A stretch of DNA of 18,424 bases from Candidatus Bathyarchaeota archaeon (GCA_963833125.1 CAWHWX010000010.1:1-18424), one strand, 5' to 3'; positions 1-8,541 are shown, numbered from the stretch's first letter. Made by a program: numbers and translations. The notes: a model not told the origin generated them from the sequence alone.

Positions 1-160
1 CCCGTATAGGCCGATTAATCTCATAGTTCCGGGGCTTGTGGGTCATAGCAATACCTACGTTTGCTTAATCAAGGTCGGCGCACTTTTGAATTGCGGTACC
101 GAACTCGTTGGAATATCAGAGCATGCCTAAAGGGGATTTACAAAGACAAAGGATTGATGG

Positions 161-1033
161 ATGCTTAGAAGAATGAGCCCTAAACATCCAACTTCACTTG
201 GTGCGAGGCTGTTGACTCCTCGGCAGAAACTGCAGTTTGCTCGGACCTCGTTCATGAAGAAGATTGGAGGACTACGATTTGATCCAAGAGATTTTGAGAT
301 CGTTCATTTGTCTATTCCTCTTCGAACCCTTGGGAAGGGTTTTGACAAGTTTCGTATCGTGCATATCAGTGACATTCACCTTGGTCAGTGGATGTCGCCG
401 GAGCGGTTGGAAGGTGTTGTCGGTCTTGTCAATGAGCAGTCTCCTGATGTTGTGGCGATTACGGGGGACTTCGTTTCGTTTGCCGTCGACCAAGTTGCTA
501 GCGACCTGGTAAAGTCGCTCTCTCAGTTGTGTGCCAAAATCGTCACTCTTGCAGTGTTGGGAAATCATGACCACTGGATGGGGGCGGAGAAGGTTCGTCG
601 CATTCTACGTGAAAGTAGCATCGTCGACTTGAGCAACGACGTTTACACGCTGCATAGAGGAGAAGCCGTACTGCACTTTGCGGGTATCGATGATGTCATG
701 GCTCAGGAGCATGACCTTGATCGAGTTTTGAAGAAGTTACCCTCTTCAGATCCGGTGGTGCTGCTTGTCCACGAACCCGACTTTGCTGATGTCGTTGCGG
801 CGACTGGCCGTTTCGTGCTGCAACTCTCAGGGCACTCGCACGGCGGCCAATTTGTGCTGCCAAAGCTCGGAACTCCTATTCGTGGTCCTCACGCCAAGAA
901 ATATCCTCTGGGGAGATATCAGGTGGAGGATATGGTTTTGTATACGAACCGTGGGCTTGGGACGAACACCTTTTGGCTCCGGATTAACTGTCCTCCAGAG
1001 ATTACAGTTCTGACGCTTCAGGCGGCACACTAG
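161..1033 (+). CDS. Calcineurin-like metallophosphoesterase, YkuE/YaeI-like
   Basis: All metallophosphoesterase motifs are present in order: SDIH, TGDF, GNHDH, HEPD, LSGHSHGGQ, NRGLG. Confidence 0.93.
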   Translation: MLRRMSPKHPTSLGARLLTPRQKLQFARTSFMKKIGGLRFDPRDFEIVHLSIPLRTLGKGFDKFRIVHISDIHLGQWMSPERLEGVVGLVNEQSPDVVAITGDFVSFAVDQVASDLVKSLSQLCAKIVTLAVLGNHDHWMGAEKVRRILRESSIVDLSNDVYTLHRGEAVLHFAGIDDVMAQEHDLDRVLKKLPSSDPVVLLVHEPDFADVVAATGRFVLQLSGHSHGGQFVLPKLGTPIRGPHAKKYPLGRYQVEDMVLYTNRGLGTNTFWLRINCPPEITVLTLQAAH

Positions 1034-3067
1034 ATGGACCGCGAGAGACGCCCAAGTCTACGCTCGGTCGCGCGTGTGATTGTTGTTTGGATAAGCGAAG
1101 CCGTAGCACTCGTACTCATGACACACTTCGTCCCAGGTCTGAGGTTTGATACTTGGGGAATCGGGATTCTAGTTGTAGGAGTGATCGCGCTGCTGAACGC
1201 GATCCTGTGGCCTATCTTGTCCAAGATTGCACTGCCCTTTCTTTTCTTCACGTTTGGGATAGGCGCTCTAGCCCTGAATGGTCTGATCGTATGGCTGTCA
1301 AGCCTAATCGTTCCTGGATTTCATGTTGAAGGTTGGGCTCTGATTCTAGTGCCCATCGTTATAGCAATAATTAACACGGCGGTATCAGGCGTCCTAACAG
1401 TTGACGACGACGCACGATATTTCAGCGCAGTCTTATTGCGACACGCAAAACGTTCCTCAAAGACCTCCGCGGCAACTAAACCTGGCGTCATCTTCTTGGA
1501 GATTGACGGTTGCTCTGAGTTTATCCTGCGTGAGGCCATGCGGAGAGGGTACATGCCGACGCTTGCAGGTTGGTTGAAGAGGGGCAGCCACAAGCTGCGT
1601 CAATGGGAAACCGACCTCTCCTCACAGACAGGTGCCTCCCAAGCAGGTATTCTGCACGGCAATAATAGCAATATGCCAGCGTTTCGCTGGGTCGAGAAGG
1701 AGAACGAAAACAAGATGATCGTGTCGAATGGCCCCTCTGACGCTCCATTGCTAGAGAAACGCATCTCAAACGGGAAGGGGCTACTAGCAACGAACGGAGC
1801 ATCTCGCTCGAACCTCTTCTCCGGCGACGCCAAAGACGTGATCTTCACCTACAGTAAGTTCACGGATCCGAGAGCGTTCTACACGAAGGCGTGGTACTTC
1901 TTCTATTCGAATCCTTACAACTTTCCGCGAACTTTTTCTCTGTACTGCTGGGATATTCTCAGCGAGATTAGGAGTCAACTACGACATCGGATGGGAAACG
2001 TTCAGCCGAGAATACACCGCGGCCCAGTTTACCTAGCGATGCGCGCGACAACGAACGTGTTCATGCGAGAGATAACAACGTACACGATCGTAGGCGACAT
2101 CATAGCCGGCCAAGTGGACACACTCTACGCCACCTACATGGGCTATGATGAAATTGCGCATCACAACGGCGTGGCCGATCATGACGCTTTTCTCGCATTG
2201 AAACAACTAGACAGGCATTTCGTGCGTTTGGAGAAAGCGGCGGAGTTCTCTTCACGAAAATACGAGTTTGTAATCTTGTCAGATCATGGCCAAAGCAACG
2301 GCGCCCCATTCAGGCAACGTTACGGATTAAACCTGAAGGATCTTGTCCAGCGACTTTTGCCAGAAACATTCACAATACACAGCCACCTTGATACGAACCA
2401 AGATCACTTTGGTCATATCGTGACCGCACCAATTGAGAATGGGCAGAGAGTTTTTCGTGAAGGAGGAAAGCGACTGACAAAGAGGGTCAAAGGAAGGCTA
2501 TTCAAGGATATCGCAGAGCATCGTCCTAGTGAAACACTGGACGAGAAAAAACCGTCGAAGAACGCTCCTGTTATTGTGCTCGCGTCCGGTAATCTAGGCC
2601 TCGTATATTTCACCCAATTGAAAGAACGCATGACATATGAACAATTGAACGAAGCCTTCCCAGACCTCATTCCGGGGCTAGCAAAACACGAAGGCATCGG
2701 CTTCATCCTCGTACGATCTGAAAAATACGGTCCGTTGGCAATCGGAGCCAAGGGCATATACCACTTGGCCGATGATAGTGTTGAAGGAGAGAATCCTCTA
2801 GCAGATTTCGGTCCCCACGCTGCAGCTCACATCCGCCGAACTGACAGCTTCAAGTATGCACCAGATATCCTGGTGAATAGCTTCTATGACCCTGAAAGTG
2901 ATGAGGTGGCAGCTTTCGAGGAATTGGTCGGTAGCCACGGAGGATTAGGGGGCAATCAGTCTAAGCCTTTCTTAATGACTCCATCAGAATGGGATTTTGG
3001 TGCAACCGAAATCGTCGGAGCCGAGAACCTGCACAGGGTACTGAAGGTTCAGTTAGAGCATCACTGA
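1034..3067 (+). CDS. Fusion of a 4-TM phage-holin-family (YvlD-like) membrane domain and an alkaline phosphatase/nucleotide pyrophosphatase-superfamily domain
   Basis: The first ~125 aa form four hydrophobic helices (LLNAILWPIL...LPF...TFG). The rest carries AlkP-superfamily motifs EIDG, SSQTGASQAG, GYDEIAHH, SDHG, SHGG. The ATG directly follows the upstream TAG. Confidence 0.88.
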   Translation: MDRERRPSLRSVARVIVVWISEAVALVLMTHFVPGLRFDTWGIGILVVGVIALLNAILWPILSKIALPFLFFTFGIGALALNGLIVWLSSLIVPGFHVEGWALILVPIVIAIINTAVSGVLTVDDDARYFSAVLLRHAKRSSKTSAATKPGVIFLEIDGCSEFILREAMRRGYMPTLAGWLKRGSHKLRQWETDLSSQTGASQAGILHGNNSNMPAFRWVEKENENKMIVSNGPSDAPLLEKRISNGKGLLATNGASRSNLFSGDAKDVIFTYSKFTDPRAFYTKAWYFFYSNPYNFPRTFSLYCWDILSEIRSQLRHRMGNVQPRIHRGPVYLAMRATTNVFMREITTYTIVGDIIAGQVDTLYATYMGYDEIAHHNGVADHDAFLALKQLDRHFVRLEKAAEFSSRKYEFVILSDHGQSNGAPFRQRYGLNLKDLVQRLLPETFTIHSHLDTNQDHFGHIVTAPIENGQRVFREGGKRLTKRVKGRLFKDIAEHRPSETLDEKKPSKNAPVIVLASGNLGLVYFTQLKERMTYEQLNEAFPDLIPGLAKHEGIGFILVRSEKYGPLAIGAKGIYHLADDSVEGENPLADFGPHAAAHIRRTDSFKYAPDILVNSFYDPESDEVAAFEELVGSHGGLGGNQSKPFLMTPSEWDFGATEIVGAENLHRVLKVQLEHH

Positions 3068-3227
3068 TTTGAAAGCCTACAAAGTAAAGTTAGTCCCGAA
3101 TGGCTGCAACAGGAGTTGACCGTTTGGTGTCCATCAGCATCGCTTAGTCTACTGTGGCAGGTTTGCGGTCCAAAAGGAAGAATGTGCGATTAAGGTGATT
3201 GCTTAATCGTCACTTGGAAACTTACCT

Positions 3228-3377
3228 TTAAACTGACGCCCTAGCTTTTTCTTGCTTTTCGCGTGCGTTTCCTATCTTTTGTTCAATTTCGCCTTTGACC
3301 TGCATTCCTATGTTGCCCGTCAATTTGCCTTCTACTTCATGAAACTTACCCTTTACTTGCTGTTCTTTGCCATTCAT
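3228..3377 (-). CDS. CsbD-family general stress protein (49 aa; 62 aa if it starts at 3416)
   Basis: MNGKEQQVKGKFHEVEGKLTGNIGMQVKGEIEQKIG matches the CsbD pattern (KGK..E..GKLTG......GE.EQ..G). An AGGTGA RBS precedes the ATG at 3377. Confidence 0.78.
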   Translation of the reverse strand: MNGKEQQVKGKFHEVEGKLTGNIGMQVKGEIEQKIGNAREKQEKARASV

Positions 3378-3631
3378 AACTTCTTTCACCTTCTTGGTAT
3401 CGATATGTGTATACATCTATATGTAAAGCTATCCTTCCTAATCCAGTTGATGCTAAGTATTTTAGTTAATCAGTTGTGTGGAAAACTCGTCCAAGGATTT
3501 GAACAAATCATGGACACCGCGAGACAGGACTTCAAAGCTGACTAAGAGTAATATTGCGCACACTTCGCCCTCCCTTCCCATCTCTCGAAAAGGATTATTA
3601 GGCGTAAATCAATCCACCATCCAGATCAAAA

Positions 3632-3799
3632 TTGGACACAGGAAAGGTCCGTGGAGAACTGACAGGGCTTATGCAAGATATCGACAAACTCTTCGACTTG
3701 GTTGAACGAAGTCTCGGAGAATTCGGCAAGAACCAAGAATTCCAGCAAATCAAGGACAGCGCGAAACAGCACATCAAAGAAGTCATGAAAGCGATCTGA
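3632..3799 (+). CDS. Small helical hypothetical protein (55 aa, not in ORF track)
   Basis: Read by hand from TTG 3632: MDTGKVRGELTGLMQDIDKLFDLVERSLGEFGKNQEFQQIKDSAKQHIKEVMKAI*. It has amphipathic periodicity and a TTATTA box at 3595-3600 preceded by a purine-rich BRE-like stretch. Confidence 0.7.
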   Translation: MDTGKVRGELTGLMQDIDKLFDLVERSLGEFGKNQEFQQIKDSAKQHIKEVMKAI

Positions 3800-3861
3800 A
3801 CCCCCCTGCTCTTTGAACTACCAGTCTCTGTTTTCAACGCCTACAATCTAATCTGAGAAAG

Positions 3862-3888
3862 AGGCCGAGCACCCGTATTGCTCGGTCT
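3862..3888. terminator. Hairpin downstream of the 55-aa gene
   Basis: AGGCCGAGCA-cccgtat-TGCTCGGTCT forms a 10-bp stem with one G-U pair. Confidence 0.3.
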
Positions 3889-4207
3889 ATTCGATTTAGT
3901 TTCTACGCTTGAGTATTAAGTGCGGATATCCATATCGACCGTACAAAGGCCTGATGTTTCCAAGTATGGGTAATCATGGGAACGATCGCTGTAGCTATCA
4001 CCAAAGAGTCGAGATTGAAACAACGCTATTCGAAGTAGCCACTTGCTAGAACCCCGAACCAGAAGGGAACAAATGCTAACCCTGGACTATGGCACATCGC
4101 TCTGTCAAGTAGTCTCATTCCACCACAACTGGGCGGTCATGTAGATTTAACAATATATATACATAGCTTTATATCCGCAAAGCGACTATGATGCCTTGTA
4201 GATCGAT

Positions 4208-4327
4208 ATGAAACTAAGCAAGTATTTCGGTACAGAAAAGAGTAGATTTGAAAAACTGAAAGCTCATTTCTCTACTAAGAAGCAGAGTAAATTCGAGAAA
4301 CTGACGGAGCGTATACGTAACATCTAG
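4208..4327 (+). CDS. Small basic amphipathic peptide (39 aa, not in ORF track)
   Basis: MKLSKYFGTEKSRFEKLKAHFSTKKQSKFEKLTERIRNI* has an internal S[RK]FEKL duplication. A TTTATAT box lies at 4168-4174. Confidence 0.62.
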   Translation: MKLSKYFGTEKSRFEKLKAHFSTKKQSKFEKLTERIRNI

Positions 4328-4347
4328 GTAGGTACGGGGAAACAAAC

Positions 4348-4668
4348 ATGCAAAAAATGATCGATGAAACTCAAGCAAAGCAAATCGCTCTCGAATTTGT
4401 AAAAACTAAGGAATTAGGCGCACAGACGGAAATAAAATCAGCAGAACGGCAAGACATCTGGGTAATGGAAACACAAACAAAAGAAACGAACGGAACCCAA
4501 TACGCCAACGTCACCGTTTCCGGGACGGGCGAGGTCAGGGACTACGAGAAAACACGTTTTCAAAGTGGTTCCGTCACACAGAGAATTACGTCAAAGCTAC
4601 GGAGCATATTCTCGCGCGGCAAGAAAGAGGAAACCAGCACGAAGCCGCGAGCACCTAACGAAAATTGA
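4348..4668 (+). CDS. Hypothetical protein with a PepSY-like domain and basic amphipathic tail
   Basis: IDETQAKQIALEFV...WVM...VTVSGTGEV resembles the PepSY pattern (IS.E.A..IA...W.V...V.VDA.TGEV). A G-rich RBS-like stretch lies upstream. Confidence 0.62.
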   Translation: MQKMIDETQAKQIALEFVKTKELGAQTEIKSAERQDIWVMETQTKETNGTQYANVTVSGTGEVRDYEKTRFQSGSVTQRITSKLRSIFSRGKKEETSTKPRAPNEN

Positions 4669-4691
4669 AGTAGAAGGAGGCGAAAACAAGA

Positions 4692-4916
4692 ATGTCAATG
4701 TCATATTATCAGCCAGCAGCCCAATACTACTACTATCAACCCCCTGCCCAGTACTATCAACCACCCGCTGAGATGCGTTCCTATCAGCCAGCTACCCAGT
4801 CCTACTATCAGCCAGCTACCCAGTATTACTCCTATCAACCAGCTACCCAATATTACGCATATCAGCCCGGCCCTCAGATGTACTCGTATCAACCGCAAGC
4901 GTACAGGGTCCAGTGA
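4692..4916 (+). CDS. Low-complexity Tyr/Gln/Pro repeat protein (8 YQP units)
   Basis: Strong GGAGG RBS at 4676-4680. The repeats are conserved at protein level with synonymous codon variation. An oligo-T tract follows. Confidence 0.72.
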   Translation: MSMSYYQPAAQYYYYQPPAQYYQPPAEMRSYQPATQSYYQPATQYYSYQPATQYYAYQPGPQMYSYQPQAYRVQ

Positions 4917-4954
4917 TAGCTCTCTAGGCATACTTTCACGCCTTCAAGAGCCCG

Positions 4955-4965
4955 TTTCCTTTTTT
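4955..4965 (+). terminator. Oligo-T archaeal-type terminator candidate
   Basis: TTTCCTTTTTT about 40 nt after the YQP gene stop. Confidence 0.4.
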
Positions 4966-5143
4966 CAACAAACTAAGCGAATGGCCTTGGCAAATGTGCA
5001 CGAATAGCACAAGTGTTGTCCAAGTTTCTCCGTGGTGACGTGATGGCTATCATTTTTGGCGTCCGACTTGTCCATGATACGAAGACCGACCATCAAGGTT
5101 CGGGCCTCGTTAGATAATCAGGAAAATTGGTTGTGCGGTTCCA

Positions 5144-5196
5144 GGTTCAAATTCAGTTGCACCACTAGGCCGCACACACACAACTGAAATTGAACT
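5144..5196. repeat. 16-bp imperfect inverted repeat with a 21-nt loop
   Basis: GGTTCAAATTCAGTTG (5144-5159) pairs with CAACTGAAATTGAACT (5181-5196): 14 Watson-Crick pairs, one G-U, one mismatch. Confidence 0.7.
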
Positions 5197-5296
5197 ACGG
5201 TGATGTTTGGTAGCAAAGTTGGTTCAAAGCCAAAGCAGATAAACTTGGCAAGAGATGATCCACAGAAGACAACAAATTAGCGAGAAGTGATTACCG

Positions 5297-5770
5297 GTGG
5301 AAACAAGGCCAAAGGTTGGTGACACGGCACCTGATTTCGAAGGCCAAACGTCCAAAGACACACGGGTTCGTCTGAGAGATTACATTGGAAAGAGGAATGT
5401 TATACTTTACTTCTATCCGAAGGACGATACCAAAGGTTGCACTATCGAAGCCTGCAATTTCAGAGACAAGCTCCAACCCATAGCAGCTCTCTTGACAGAG
5501 GTTGTAGGCGTTAGCGTGGACACCATTGAATCTCACAAAAAGTTCGCCGAGAAGAACAGTCTGAACTTCCCGTTAATCAGCGACCATGACAAGCGGATTT
5601 CGAAGGCCTACGGAGTCTTAAGTGAAGACGGTTCACGTGCGAAAAGAATGACATTCATAATCGACAAGGAAGGCAAGGTTGCTAAGATTTTCACGAACGT
5701 TGACATCACAAAACACACGGATGATATCGTCATGGCACTCAAACTACTTCCGCAGAAGAAGACGAACTGA
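5297..5770 (+). CDS. bcp: Peroxiredoxin, BCP/PrxQ family
   Basis: YFYPKDDTKGCTIEACNFRD carries PxxxTxxC with a resolving Cys five residues later; also GVSVD, SHKKFAEK, R.TFIIDKEG. Confidence 0.95.
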   Translation: METRPKVGDTAPDFEGQTSKDTRVRLRDYIGKRNVILYFYPKDDTKGCTIEACNFRDKLQPIAALLTEVVGVSVDTIESHKKFAEKNSLNFPLISDHDKRISKAYGVLSEDGSRAKRMTFIIDKEGKVAKIFTNVDITKHTDDIVMALKLLPQKKTN

Positions 5771-6030
5771 AGAAAAATCAAGGCATCCGTGAACTTCAAC
5801 GTCGTCGTAAGGCTTGTATGTGCGGCACCACTAGACCCCCCCGGAAAACATTCCCGTATCCGTAACCAACCCGAAAATCGACTTTAGTCTTGCAAAGGAT
5901 TCAGCAAGACTGGAACTTGTGGAACTCCCTTCCATTAGGCATAGTTAACATGAGCCGGCTCACAAGGGGAGGGACAAGATTTTGCAACCCAAAGAGGAGG
6001 GCATTGAAATCTTAGAATTTAAACGTGTCA

Positions 6031-6072
6031 ATTCTTCGTTATTCTAAGAGTATTCTACGCGTATTCTACGTG
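6031..6072 (+). promoter_or_regulatory. Four helically phased ATTCT direct repeats upstream of ice-binding gene 1
   Basis: ATTCT occurs at 6031, 6041, 6052 and 6063 (10-11 nt spacing). The last two copies share GTATTCTACG. Confidence 0.45.
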
Positions 6073-6132
6073 TCAATAGCTAAGTTAGGTAGCGATGATC
6101 TCATTCTGAAACGAATGCAATAGTGAATTTTC

Positions 6133-7093
6133 TTGGCGAATTATCGCGAGATGATTAATAATAGAAGAGTAGTCGGGCATAAGAATGGTAAAGTAACGAT
6201 TTTCGTTTCAGCCCTTCTGCTTCTCACGATATTCGTAGTCGCCGCCAGTAATCTCGCCGTGAACCCTGTTTCAGCAGCGACATCGCCGTCATTGGGGAAT
6301 GCGAGCACCTTCGCGGTTCTAGGCGCAAGCGCAGTCTCCGACACTCCGCCTTCCTCGATAATAGGGAACGTCGGGTTGAGTCCAGCCTCTGGTACCTTTT
6401 ATAGCGGATTAACGTGCCCAGAAGTGACTGGGACAATATATTCAGTCGACGCTGCTGGTCCTCCCTGTAGAGTGACAAACCCTGGTTTCCTGACTCTTGC
6501 CAAAAACGACGAAACCACCGCGTACAATAGTGCTTACCCAACCGTGTACAGGCTTCGGCTTCGGCGGTGGGAATAAGGTCCTGGATGGGTTAAGCCTCGT
6601 GCCAGGCGTCTATTGTGCGGATAGTTTTACGTTGTCGGGAACCCTCACTCTCAGTGGGTCAGGCGTCTGGATTTTCAGGTCAGCGTCCACCCTCACTACG
6701 TCAGGCGCCGCCAATGTTGTGAGCGGCGACCCATGTGACGTGTGGTGGCAGCTGGGCAGCTCTGCAACTCTCGGTACAGGCACTCAGTTGGCAGGAAACA
6801 TTCTCGCTCTCACAAGCATCACGATGGCCACCGGCGCAACGTTGAATGGTCGAGCCCTGGTGCAAACTGGAGCGGTTACATTAGACACGAATCACGTAAA
6901 TCTCGCTTGTTCCAGCGGCTTCACCTCGGTCGTCACTACGTTCACATTCACGAATGGCACGGGTATCACCACGGTTACTACAACCATTGTCTTTCCGATC
7001 ATAATACCTGAGTACGAGTGGGGAGTGTTGTTGCTCCTAGTGTTCATGCTACCGGGTTACATATTACTCAAGAGAAGAACCCGCGACCACTAA
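6133..7093 (+). CDS. DUF3494 ice-binding-family protein 1 with signal peptide and PEY C-terminal tail; split by a +1 frameshift near 6532 (319 aa if repaired)
   Basis: ORFs 6133-6576 and 6497-7093 are the two halves: LG.ASTFAVLG, GNVGLSP, then PGVY, WWQLGSSATLG, GNILA.TSIT, LNGRAL...GAVTL. Removing one base gives AYNSLTQPC, colinear with AFGQLDQVC in the paralog. Confidence 0.88.
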
Positions 7094-7291
7094 CCATACG
7101 ACACCTTCAGCGAAGGCCCCGCCTCGACTCACTCTATTCACGTTCGTGCCGCGAATTAGTTGTCGAGTTCCCACGCAGCGGGAGTTTTCAGATAAACCGT
7201 TTTGAACTACGTCTGGATCTTCGTAAGGTAACTGATCTGAGTAACTGAGTTTGTGCATGAAGATTGCGAGCAATGGCAGGCCTATGGATAT

Positions 7292-8269
7292 TCAGGGGGT
7301 ATAATGCATAATCGTACCGAAATCGCCTACGGCCCAACAGTCATTGGCACCAATACAGTAAACAGACTGGAGAGTGTTATGTACCGGGTTTGTTGCGTTT
7401 TTCCATGATGAACCCGTCCAATGAATAATCGTACCTAACCTTCCTACGGCCCAACAGTCATAGGCACTAACGCAAAACACGGAGTTCAGAGGTTGGTCTG
7501 TTGGACTTGTTACAGCTTCCCATGATGAACCCGTCCAATGAATAATCGTACCCAACCAGCCAACAGCCCAACAGTCATAGGCACTAACGCAAAACACGGA
7601 GTTCAGAGGTTGGTCTGTTGGACTTGTTACAGCTTCCCATGATGAACCCGTCCACTGAATAATTGTACCCAATCCTCCCACAGCCCAACAGTCACTATCA
7701 CCAACACAAAACACCGAGAAGAGAGCATAGCTGCTGATTGGGCTTGTTACGGTTTCCCATGATGAACCCGTCCAATGAATAATCGTACCTAACCCTCCTA
7801 CAGCCCAACAGTCATAGGCACTAACACAAAACACGGAGAGGAGTTCTTCGTAAGTTGGGATGGTTGCGGTCGTCCACGCTGCTCCAGTAAACTGAATAAT
7901 CGTGCCGTCACGACCTAAAGCCCAACAGTCACTATCACCAACACAAAACACCGAGAAGAGGCCATAGCTGCTGATTGAAGTTGGCAAAGGTGGTAAAGCG
8001 TTCCATGATGCACTATTCCACTGAATAATCCTACCGGGAAAAAGGCCTACAGCCCAGCAGTCACTAGCACTGACACAATAAACAGAGTCGAGGGTGTTGC
8101 GTACTGGACTTGTTACAATCGTCCATGATGTCAACGCTTGTTCGTTAGCCACTTGTTCGTTAGCTATTGGCAGGGTCAACGGCTCCCAGACCAATAGGAA
8201 CACGAGCAAGAGTAAGAATAGCCCAACCCAAGCCGTTTCACACCTCACGAAATCAGATTTCATCTGCAA
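7292..8269 (-). CDS. Secreted or membrane-tethered 7-repeat beta-propeller protein (YCF48/BNR-like) with a Cys pair per repeat
   Basis: An N-terminal hydrophobic helix is followed by seven ~39-43 aa repeats, W..VTSP....L.SV[FY]CV...DCWAVG..GTII[HQ]WTGSS. Confidence 0.85.
   Translation of the reverse strand: MQMKSDFVRCETAWVGLFLLLLVFLLVWEPLTLPIANEQVANEQALTSWTIVTSPVRNTLDSVYCVSASDCWAVGLFPGRIIQWNSASWNALPPLPTSISSYGLFSVFCVGDSDCWALGRDGTIIQFTGAAWTTATIPTYEELLSVFCVSAYDCWAVGGLGTIIHWTGSSWETVTSPISSYALFSVFCVGDSDCWAVGGLGTIIQWTGSSWEAVTSPTDQPLNSVFCVSAYDCWAVGWLGTIIHWTGSSWEAVTSPTDQPLNSVFCVSAYDCWAVGRLGTIIHWTGSSWKNATNPVHNTLQSVYCIGANDCWAVGDFGTIMHYTP
7403..7654. repeat. Near-identical 117-bp tandem duplication (propeller repeats 5 and 6)
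   Basis: 7449-7537 is identical to 7566-7654. The differences cluster in the AVG[R/W]LG loop codons. Confidence 0.85.
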
Positions 8270-8541
8270 TACCCAAACCGGACATAATGGAGCCCACTCA
8301 ACCCAACTTAAGGCCTAACATGTTCATTTTTCATTAATCCGTTTGTGACCGCACACGCGATTGCTGGATTTCTGTCAATTATTACCGGAGACCGCTTCTT
8401 CGTTTGTGAAAGTTTCTAGGGGTTCTGTCTAAGAGATCTCAATTCTTCCGGTTCGTCCAAAGTACTACCTCTGAAAGTGCGAGGGAACATGAACTACCAT
8501 TACGCATTGATGAATGATCAAACAAGGTTCGCATTGTTTAA

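Noticed and set aside
1034-1410. Prophage, suggested by the holin-family domain
   Set aside because: This domain commonly occurs in cellular membrane proteins, and there are no capsid, terminase, integrase or lysin genes here.
3252-3837. Track ORFs 3252-3545 (+), 3478-3705 (+) and 3598-3837 (-)
   Set aside because: They overlap the better-supported CsbD and 55-aa genes and show no recognisable protein features.
4701-4931. Minus-strand ORF with LGSWLIG repeats that looks like a membrane protein
   Set aside because: It is the antisense shadow of the YQP repeats. The plus strand has the RBS, operon context and oligo-T tract.
5141-5164. tRNA 3' half (GGTTCAAAT...GCACCA)
   Set aside because: The T-stem does not pair (CCAGG vs TCAGT) and there is no acceptor, D or anticodon arm. 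The inverted repeat explains the sequence better.
5951-5962. Perfect palindrome TGAGCCGGCTCA
   Set aside because: A single 12-bp palindrome is expected by chance in 18 kb, and there is no second copy or clear promoter link.
7430-7570. Diversity-generating retroelement TR/VR pair: four of five differences in the loop codons of repeats 5 and 6 fall at adenines of repeat 6 on the coding strand
   Set aside because: Both copies are in-frame coding repeats, most differences are synonymous, many other adenines are unchanged, and no reverse transcriptase is in the window.
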